Shown here piece after piece: positions 24,082 through 30,989 of a DNA stretch of 32,000 nt. The DNA is taken from the NCBI RefSeq assembly GCF_001457595.1, contig NZ_LN831039.1, positions 5,040,001 to 5,072,000 on the forward strand. Direction: 5' to 3'. The notes beneath the pieces were generated by a model. The model had not been told where the DNA came from, did no database searches, and was given only the letters and a program-made list of their open reading frames with translations. Position 1 is the first letter of the stretch. Every line of letters starts with the position of its first letter. The translations under genes were made by a program, and so were the position numbers. Source of the DNA: Mycolicibacterium smegmatis. GTDB taxonomy: Bacteria > Actinomycetota > Actinomycetes > Mycobacteriales > Mycobacteriaceae.

Positions 24082-25596
24082 GCCCGATTCGGCATCCGGT
24101 GAGTCAGCGTGCTCATTTTCGGCGTATAGGTTTTCGTCGGGCAAACCTGGCAAAAACGGGCCGTGATTCAAAATCATATCCTCAGGCACCTGGGCAAGGT
24201 GTTCGCGTGCCGATTGGCGCTGCTTAGGTGCCCTTCTTTTACTTGCTTTGACGGCGGCACGAAACTCGTCAAGCGTATAAATTGTATCGTCCGAGCCATA
24301 CATATAGTAGACCGGCGCCTTTTCTTCCATTCCGACCCGCTCGCCATTAACGGTTGCGCGATCATCAAGCATGATAAGCAACGGAACCTGGTAACCTACA
24401 ATGTATGAATGGTCCCAGTAGCGACCTTCATCCCAAGCATTATCAGCAAGCTGATCGTAATGGCCCATTAAGTCAACGACGTGCTGACGGCTCAAATATT
24501 CGCCAGAAGCGCGCCGTAAGAGAATGCGACGGCACGCATCACGCGCACCGTCGTGAAACGACCAGCAATAGAGCACAGCGGGGTACTTCTTATGAGGCAC
24601 CGTTTTGGCGATTGGTTCTGCGACTCGGATCTTTTTGTCATACTCCGCCACACGGGCGTAGCCCGCTTCGTCGATGAAACAGACACCGAGGTTAGCGCGC
24701 TTGAGCTCCTGTAAGAACTTCACACCACTAGTTTTCAGTGTAATTAGATTGAATTCCTTTACGTCATCTTCGTCTGCGCCAAACGGAGACACAAAATAGG
24801 CTGGCTCGGCATACTGTCCCATATCCTTAAGCAACGCTTTGTAAAGCCGCCGAAAGTTCCAGTCTTTAAGGGAGTATCCGACAAATACTAGTGTGCGGGT
24901 GGCTAGAAGCTCCGTCAGTAGCCCACCCAAGACACCTTCGCGCAACGACTTGAGACTTCGCTTGTAGTCACTTTCCGTCGCGACGATACTGCCGAGGTTT
25001 GTCATGCTTCCATGGATTTTCAAGACTCGGCGTCCGGGCATTTTCCATAGCGCGATGTCGTCACCCGTGACGAACGGAATAGCTGCACATTCTTCTTCGA
25101 AATACGTGTCCCAATTAGTAGTGACGATATCCTCTAGATAAGGCATGGCTGCTAGTTCCTGATGGAAACGTCGTGCGTAGTACCTAAGAGTCCAGAAGCT
25201 ATCGACGTAATCGAACTTCGCTCTTACCATCTGGATAAATTCGCGACGGCCAAATTTTTTCACGAATGCTTCAATAACCTCAGGGAAAGAACCGGGTTCG
25301 TCTAGCTGAAGCATTTCTACAGCACGCTGGTAGACCGTCTGCGGGAACACCGTAGGCACCTCGGTACTGATCCCAGCACCGGCGAAGATTACAACTTGTC
25401 GCATGTGGGCCGCACGCACCAGCTCTACGGGCAACTCGAAGTCATGATCGAGTCCACAGTGCGTGCATTGACAGATCTCTGCGTGCTGGGCACCGTCCCC
25501 AGCCCGAACTATCGCGCCTTCTCCCGCCATGTGTTCGATGGTCGCAGATGTACGGTTACTGGCTTCTGAGCGGCGCGCCTTTAGGCGTGCCGCCAT
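24076..25596 (-). CDS. SIR2-like domain protein (putative NADase effector), C-terminal region unassigned
   Basis: 506 aa; VVIFAGAGISTEVP, DIVTTNWDTYFEE, VLKIHGSMTN, TLVFVGYSLKDWNFRRLY are SIR2-family signatures. Confidence 0.85.
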   Translation of the reverse strand: MAARLKARRSEASNRTSATIEHMAGEGAIVRAGDGAQHAEICQCTHCGLDHDFELPVELVRAAHMRQVVIFAGAGISTEVPTVFPQTVYQRAVEMLQLDEPGSFPEVIEAFVKKFGRREFIQMVRAKFDYVDSFWTLRYYARRFHQELAAMPYLEDIVTTNWDTYFEEECAAIPFVTGDDIALWKMPGRRVLKIHGSMTNLGSIVATESDYKRSLKSLREGVLGGLLTELLATRTLVFVGYSLKDWNFRRLYKALLKDMGQYAEPAYFVSPFGADEDDVKEFNLITLKTSGVKFLQELKRANLGVCFIDEAGYARVAEYDKKIRVAEPIAKTVPHKKYPAVLYCWSFHDGARDACRRILLRRASGEYLSRQHVVDLMGHYDQLADNAWDEGRYWDHSYIVGYQVPLLIMLDDRATVNGERVGMEEKAPVYYMYGSDDTIYTLDEFRAAVKASKRRAPKQRQSAREHLAQVPEDMILNHGPFLPGLPDENLYAENEHADSPDAESGS

Positions 25597-25826
25597 ACGC
25601 GAATCGCTGAGAGCGCCAGCAGAGCGGCCAACAACGGCACGATGATCAGGCTCGGGATCACACCGAGAAGCAGAGCACCCACTACCGTCCCGGTGATCGA
25701 GCCAGCCGCCATGACGACCACAAAACGCATGTTGTGCCGCAGCACCACGAAACTCTGATCACGGCTGTGGGTCTGGACGCTACCGAAGAGACGCACTCTC
25801 GACACGTCGTCAGTAAGCCGTGGCAA
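25581..25826 (-). pseudogene. Small membrane ORF resembling the C-terminal end of a TauE/SafE-type permease; possible remnant
   Basis: MRFVVVMAAGSITGTVVGALLLGVIPSLIIVPLLAALLALSAIRVWRHA; ORF-track start is TTG, an internal ATG lies at 25730. Confidence 0.4.
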
Positions 25827-26079
25827 TGCGCTTACCCGCCGTCACGCCGACGTAGTACTCCGCGCGGCGCTTGCGGGTCCGCAGCTTCACACCGGCCGAT
25901 ACGCCGTAGTACTCGCGGTTCGGACCGACGCGACCGAGCCGGACAGTGCTACCCGCCGAACCGCTGACATAGCGGGGACGGCGCGTCTTGATCTTGCGGG
26001 CAGTCCGCTTGACTGACGAGCCGCCGGTCGGAGCGAAGCGGCCTTTGCGGTCGCGCTTGTACGTCCGTCGTTTCGCCAT
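25810..26079 (-). CDS. Small highly basic protein, unknown function
   Basis: 89 aa MAKRRTYKRDRKGRFAPTGG...; stop of the 39-aa ORF lies 3 nt upstream. Confidence 0.6.
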   Translation of the reverse strand: MAKRRTYKRDRKGRFAPTGGSSVKRTARKIKTRRPRYVSGSAGSTVRLGRVGPNREYYGVSAGVKLRTRKRRAEYYVGVTAGKRIATAY

Positions 26080-26082
26080 GGC

Positions 26083-26202
26083 TTAGTGCTTCCGTTTGCG
26101 CCGTGTGCGGCTCGCTGCGGCGTTTCCGACCTTGCTCGAACCCTTCGCCTTCGCCTGTCGTGCAAAGCGCTTCCGCGCTGCGGCCTGTTTCTTACTCGCC
26201 AT
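26083..26202 (-). CDS. Very small highly basic protein (39 aa), unknown function
   Basis: MASKKQAAARKRFARQAKAKGSSKVGNAAASRTRRKRKH preceded by GAAAGGACCGCC (good ribosome-binding site); not in the supplied ORF list. Confidence 0.55.
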   Translation of the reverse strand: MASKKQAAARKRFARQAKAKGSSKVGNAAASRTRRKRKH

Positions 26203-26292
26203 GGCGGTCCTTTCAATCGCTGAGCTTGATCGACGGTCCATCGGGCTTGCCCACGGTGCCCCGATTCACTTTCACGCGCGTTTCCCCCTTAG

Positions 26293-27950
26293 CCTCGATC
26301 CACCGATGAATTGGCTGGTCGCAGGGTGTCGTGACGAGGAAAGTGCCTTCTGAGCTGTGATGATGAGTGTTCTCTAGGCACTTATCGGCACAACTTCGAA
26401 AGGCACTTCCGGTGAAAGTGTCCCATAGGTTCGCTGCGTCGTCGGCGGTCTTCGATGATGCCCATCTCGTGTCGTGCGCCGGTCTGGTGCCGGTAATGAC
26501 GCTGGCCACCCAGACCGGACTGTCACAGTTGCTGGCCGACAAGGTTCGTATCAGCGAACCACGGATCAAGTCCGGGTCGGCCAACCCGTCGCCGAAGCTG
26601 CTCACCGTGGTCGCCGGAATGTGCGCCGGCGCCGACAGCATTGATGACCTCGACCTCGTGCGTGGCGGCGGGATGAAGACGCTCTTCGATGGGGTCTATG
26701 CACCATCGACGATCGGAACACTGTTGCGGGAGTTCACCTTCGGACACGCCCGGCAGTTGGAGTCGGTCCTGCGTCATCATCTGGCCGCACTCTGTGCGCG
26801 GGTGGACCTGCTGCCCGGATCCGACACGGGGGCGTTCATCGACATCGACTCACTGCTGCGCCCGGTCTATGGCCACGCCAAACAGGGTGCCTCCTACGGG
26901 CATACCAAGATCGCTGGTAAGCAGGTTCTGCGTAAAGGGCTCTCCCCGTTGGCGACGACGATCAGCACCCCCGGAGCGGCGCCGGTGATCGCCGGGATGC
27001 GGCTGCGCGCCGGTAAGACCAGTTCCGGGAAGGGTGCGGGCCGCATGGTCGCCCAAGCCATCGCCACCGCCCGCGCCGCCGGCGTGCGCGGGCAACTGCT
27101 GGTGCGTGGCGATTCGTCCTACGGCACCCGGTCGGTGGTGGGCGCCTGCCGAGCCCACAATGCGCACTTCTCGGTGGTGATGACCCGCAATACCGCGGTT
27201 GATCGGGCCATCAGTTCGATCGACGAGCAGGCCTGGGAGCCGGTCAACTATCCCGGTGCAGTGCGTGATCCCGACACCGGTGACTGGATTTCTGATGCCG
27301 AGGTCGCCGAGGTCAGCTACACCGCCTTCGCCTCTACCAAAGATCGGTTCACCGCGCGGTTGGTGGTGCGGCGAGTCAAAGACGCGAGATTTCGGGACGC
27401 GCTGTTCCCGGTGTGGCGGTATCACCCGTTCTTCACCAACACAGACTTGCCGACCGCCGAGGCTGACATCACCCACCGCCAGCACGCGATCATCGAAACC
27501 GTCTTCGCCGATCTGATCGACGGACCCCTGGCCCACATGCCCTCAGGACAGTTCGGTGCCAACAGTGCGTGGGTGTTGTGCGCGGCGATCGCGCACAACC
27601 TGCTGCGCGCCGCCGGCGTGCTCGCAGGAGGTGCCCACGTGGTTGCCCGCGGCGCGACGCTGCGCCGCAAGATCGTCAACATTCCCGCCCGTCTGGCCCG
27701 ACCCCAGCGTCGACCGATCCTGCACCTCCCCGAGCACTGGCCCTGGACAGAGCACTGGCTCACGTTGTGGCGCAACACCATCGGATACAGCCCACCGCTA
27801 CCGGCAACGACCTGACCAACGCGCCGAACAGGCCCAACCGGAGCACACAGGAAAAGCTGGGCAGACCAGCAACTACCGCATGCCCGCAACACCGAACGCA
27901 GCAGAAACCACACACGGACACCTCAAGGAGGGCCGCTCCACGGATTCAGG
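26293..27950 (+). mobile_element. IS1380-family insertion sequence (about 1.66 kb)
   Basis: Transposase 26367-27815; direct repeats CTTAG at 26288-26292 and 27951-27955; weak terminal inverted similarity CCTCGATCCACCGA / CCTGAATCCGTGGA. Confidence 0.6.
26367..27815 (+). CDS. IS1380 family transposase
   Basis: VKVSHRFAASSAVFDDAHLVSCAGLVPVM, LLVRGDSSYGTR, HAIIETVFADLIDGPLAHMPSGQFGANSAWV; actual start may be GTG near 26411 (VKVSHRF). Confidence 0.92.
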   Translation: MFSRHLSAQLRKALPVKVSHRFAASSAVFDDAHLVSCAGLVPVMTLATQTGLSQLLADKVRISEPRIKSGSANPSPKLLTVVAGMCAGADSIDDLDLVRGGGMKTLFDGVYAPSTIGTLLREFTFGHARQLESVLRHHLAALCARVDLLPGSDTGAFIDIDSLLRPVYGHAKQGASYGHTKIAGKQVLRKGLSPLATTISTPGAAPVIAGMRLRAGKTSSGKGAGRMVAQAIATARAAGVRGQLLVRGDSSYGTRSVVGACRAHNAHFSVVMTRNTAVDRAISSIDEQAWEPVNYPGAVRDPDTGDWISDAEVAEVSYTAFASTKDRFTARLVVRRVKDARFRDALFPVWRYHPFFTNTDLPTAEADITHRQHAIIETVFADLIDGPLAHMPSGQFGANSAWVLCAAIAHNLLRAAGVLAGGAHVVARGATLRRKIVNIPARLARPQRRPILHLPEHWPWTEHWLTLWRNTIGYSPPLPATT

Positions 27951-28091
27951 CTTAGTGATCGGGTGGTAGTCGCGCGCCTGGCCCGCATCGCCGCTCAACT
28001 CACCGGGACCGACACGTCTAGGTTCGCCTCGCATCGCCGAATCCAGCGCAACCGCCAGCGTGAAACGCCCTGGGTTTCCCGGAGGCTCGGG

Positions 28092-28931
28092 CTATTGGAT
28101 TCCGATCAAGGGTTGGTCGGTCCGGTATGCATCGTAGAACGCAGCTTCGAACTCGGCAGGTGGGATGTCGCCGAGGTAGCTGTGTAGTCGGCTGGTGTTG
28201 TGCCAGTAGACCCAGCTGAGCGTCGCCAACTCGACGTCTTCGACGGTTTTCCATGGCCCGGTGCGGGCGGGGCCGTAGATCAGTTCGGCCTTGTAGTAGC
28301 CGTTGACCGTCTCCGCGAGAGCGTTGTCGAAACTGTCCCCGACGGTCCCGATTGACGGGACTGCGCCGATCTCAGCGAGCCTTTCCCCGTAGCGAATGGA
28401 GGTGAATTGCGACCCGGCATCCGAGTGACATCTCAAGCCTGGCAACATATTTCCACGTGACCACCGCGCCATCTCCAACGCGTCGAGCACCATCGAGGTC
28501 CGCATATGCGAGGCTACCCGCCAGCCCACGATCATCCGCGAATACGCGTCGATGATGAAGCACACATACGCCACCCCGGCCCAGGTCGGCACGAACGTCA
28601 GGTCGGTCACCCAGAGCTGGTTCGGGGCGGTCGCGGTGAAGTTGCGCTTCACCAAATCCGGATGCCGGGCCGCGGCCGGGTCGGGTTTGGTGGTGCGGAC
28701 CCGTTTGCCGCGCCGGACTCCCTCGATGCCGGCGGCCCGCATCAGCCGGGCCACCTGATCCCGGCCGACGTCATGACCCTCGCGGCGGGCGGTTTTCCAG
28801 AGCTTGCGGGCCCCATAGACGCAGTAGTTGTCTTTCCAGAGCTGACACAACGCCGGCCCCAGGACGGCGTCCCGCAGGGCCCGCGCCGACGGGACCCGGG
28901 CTTTGGTGTCGTAGTAGGTGCTCAGGGCCAC
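28092..28931 (-). CDS. IS3-family transposase OrfB (DDE), probably expressed by frameshift from orfA
   Basis: WVTDLTFVPTWAGVAYV, CHSDAGSQFTSIRY, SFDNALAETVNGYYKAEL; the frame stays open upstream of 28931 (IVEFIDANREEFGVEPICTVLRSAGLQ). Confidence 0.93.
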   Translation of the reverse strand: MALSTYYDTKARVPSARALRDAVLGPALCQLWKDNYCVYGARKLWKTARREGHDVGRDQVARLMRAAGIEGVRRGKRVRTTKPDPAAARHPDLVKRNFTATAPNQLWVTDLTFVPTWAGVAYVCFIIDAYSRMIVGWRVASHMRTSMVLDALEMARWSRGNMLPGLRCHSDAGSQFTSIRYGERLAEIGAVPSIGTVGDSFDNALAETVNGYYKAELIYGPARTGPWKTVEDVELATLSWVYWHNTSRLHSYLGDIPPAEFEAAFYDAYRTDQPLIGIQ

Positions 28932-29008
28932 CTGCAGGCCTGCGCTGCGCAGGACGGTGCAGATGGGCTCGACCCCGAACTCCTCGCGATTGGCGTCGAT
29001 GAACTCGA

Positions 29009-29353
29009 CTATTTCTTGTGTTGGCGGTCGAGCTCCGCCCCGAAGAAACTCGCTGCACGTTTCAGAATCTCGTTGGCGCGCTTGAGTTCTCGATTCTCCT
29101 GCTCGAGCTCCTGCACCCTTTTCGACTCCGCGGTCGTCACCCCGGGTGCCAGGCCTTCGTCGATGTCGGCCTGACGGACCCAGGTGCGCACCGATTCCAC
29201 TCCGTAGCCGAGCTGGCGAGCAACGCGCTGCACCGTGCCCTGCTCGGTGCCCAGCTCCGCCCGGAGCGTGCGGACCATCCGTACCGCGGCGGCCTTCTCC
29301 TCGGCACTGTATCGACGCGTCGTGGGTTTCCCGGGCGACTGTTCCTTCGGCAT
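29009..29353 (-). CDS. IS3-family transposase OrfA (HTH plus coiled coil)
   Basis: RRYSAEEKAAAVRMVRTLR...VARQLGYGVESVRTWVRQADID...RVQELEQENRELKRANEILKRAASFFGAE. Confidence 0.93.
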   Translation of the reverse strand: MPKEQSPGKPTTRRYSAEEKAAAVRMVRTLRAELGTEQGTVQRVARQLGYGVESVRTWVRQADIDEGLAPGVTTAESKRVQELEQENRELKRANEILKRAASFFGAELDRQHKK

Positions 29354-29407
29354 ACCTGCATCCTCGTTTCCAAGGTCAGGAGCCTCCGGGATTTCCAGGG
29401 CGTTTCA

Positions 29408-29876
29408 GCTCGACCGGGGTGGTTTGGGAGCCAAGACCGAAATCGAACTCAGCGCCAAGCCGTACGAACAGCTTTTGGACAAGATGCCGAAGTTGCAAAG
29501 CGGCAGCCGCGCCGAGTGGCGACGCTCCCAAGGCATCGCAGACGATTCCGACAAACCCCCACCCGCCCTGGTGGCTGCCAACGCTGACGAGCCGGTCGAC
29601 GTCGAGATCGTCTCAGAGAGCGATCAACAAAACGACGCCCACCCGATGACACCAGAGGATGACGATTGGCAGCCAGACGAAGCCACCGGGCCGGGAATCG
29701 ACGGCTACGACGATCAACCGAACCCGTTCGGCGAGAGCGACCCACCGCCTGACGGCTTGCTTCCGCTCGATGAGGCGGTGATCCGTGCCGCTCGCATAAA
29801 TAACATGGGCACCGCTGGGCATGCGAGACTGCACCGACCGCAGCGGGCGTTGCCACGTGGTCTCTCCGGTCGGTAA
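29408..29876 (+). pseudogene. 3' portion of an island gene of unknown function, apparently interrupted by the IS3 element
   Basis: RLDRGGLGAKTEIELSAKPYEQLLDKMPKLQSG...LLPLDEAVIRAARINNMGTAGHARLHRPQRALPRGLSGR-stop; joins in frame to ...SHRRIQRNRQ at 28060. Confidence 0.55.
29775..29861 (+). repeat. Copy 2 of the diverged 87-bp coding direct repeat
   Basis: See 23986-24072. Confidence 0.85.
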
Positions 29877-29901
29877 CCCGGCAGGGTCAAAACCTGCCGG
29901 G
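29877..29901 (+). terminator. Hairpin directly after the stop codon of the 29408-29876 ORF
   Basis: CCCGGCAGG-GTCAAAA-CCTGCCGGG, perfect 9-bp stem, no T-run; also resembles a tRNA T-arm. Confidence 0.5.
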
Positions 29902-30011
29902 AAACACCTGATTATGCAGGTCAAACCGTTGCACCCGAAGCGCTCAACAATGATTCACGCATCCGGTGCAGATGGGAAATTGGAATTTCCCTATGGCTCA
30001 ACTGTTTTCGG

Positions 30012-30989
30012 TCATGGACCGTCTCTGCGCGGCTGCACCCCAAAGAACGCGCCCCCACCCGAACCCGGTTGATTGTCAAAGCCGGTGTAGTCAAAAGTGA
30101 TTCCGTTTGTGTCCCACCCGCCAGGGTTGCCGATGGACGGACCCCAAATCCCGCCAGGCATCATGACGTAAGGTGTTGAAACCGTGAGCCTTTCGGCGAA
30201 CTGATCGAGCATGTCGGGTTCCTGTTGCCGCGCTTTCTCGAATAGCTCCGCTTGGCGTTGGCGGTCACTGATGTAAAGCCCGGTTCGGATCGCTTGGCCG
30301 GGCTTGTCGAGCACGACAGTCATCACGTTGTCGCCCACCTTGTCTGTGAGCGCGCTCGTTTCCAGTACGGCGTCCCTGAGAATGTCCCTCACTTGGTCGG
30401 GGACTTCATCGGCGGGGCAACTGAGCGCAGTCAATCGTGCCTTCGCACGGTCGATGATCGGGTTATTCACCATACCAACAGCATCGATGTAGAACGCTTT
30501 GAATTGCTGTGTATCAGGCCGCATTTCGATGCTTGTGACCGAATCACCTTGGGCCTTAGTGCGAAACATTACCTTGGTTACCATGCCGTCTTTGCGTTGC
30601 ACACCTGACGCGAGAACGATTGTCGCACGCTTCTTTTCACTGGCTAGCAGATGTGAGTAAGCGTCTCGCAGCGCGTTCTCCACGCGGTTGCGAATCTCTC
30701 GGTAATGCAAGTCCGGTGGCGGCTGCCAGAACGTCATCATGGCGGGCGCAAGCTCGTCGTATCCGCTGATCGCTTCTGCGATGAGTCGATCAGTCGGCTT
30801 GCCGTCGAGAAACGCCAGCCCGGTATAGCCCAGCACGACCCAACAGTCGATGCCCAGAACTACAACGGTCTTGTTGCTGTGCGGATCGTATTCGCCGGTT
30901 GGATTATCTGGCGTCGGCTCGACGCTAACGAATCGGTCGCTCGCATGGAACGCCCAATTTCCCACGACTGCGGCGACGATCAGCGTCAT
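30012..30989 (-). CDS. Putative Ntn-hydrolase / proteasome-beta-like protein
   Basis: MTLIVAAVVGNWAFHASDRFVS...HSNKTVVVLGIDCWVVLGYTGLAFLDGKPTDR: Thr after initiator Met, ASDR motif and downstream Lys strand resemble the Ntn-hydrolase core. Confidence 0.5.
   Translation of the reverse strand: MTLIVAAVVGNWAFHASDRFVSVEPTPDNPTGEYDPHSNKTVVVLGIDCWVVLGYTGLAFLDGKPTDRLIAEAISGYDELAPAMMTFWQPPPDLHYREIRNRVENALRDAYSHLLASEKKRATIVLASGVQRKDGMVTKVMFRTKAQGDSVTSIEMRPDTQQFKAFYIDAVGMVNNPIIDRAKARLTALSCPADEVPDQVRDILRDAVLETSALTDKVGDNVMTVVLDKPGQAIRTGLYISDRQRQAELFEKARQQEPDMLDQFAERLTVSTPYVMMPGGIWGPSIGNPGGWDTNGITFDYTGFDNQPGSGGGAFFGVQPRRDGP

Larger units (their letters stand above)
28061..29407 (-). mobile_element. IS3-family insertion sequence, about 1,347 bp
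   Basis: TGAAACGCCCTGGGTTTCCCGGAGGCTC at 28061-28088; reverse complement of 29380-29407 is TGAAACGCCCTGGAAATCCCGGAGGCTC (25/28 identical); encloses orfA and orfB. Confidence 0.88.

Noticed and set aside
26341-26408. AAGTGCC / GGCACTT inverted and direct repeats near the transposase start as IS1380 termini
   Set aside because: Copies at 26341, 26378 and 26402 are all on the left side with no counterpart at the right end; the CTTAG-bracketed boundaries fit better.
26850-27536. 228-aa minus-strand ORF inside the IS1380 transposase
   Set aside because: Antisense shadow of a well-supported transposase.
28506-29174. 222-aa plus-strand ORF and the 28771-29058 minus-strand ORF in the IS3 element
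   Set aside because: Alternative frames over orfA/orfB; no independent support.
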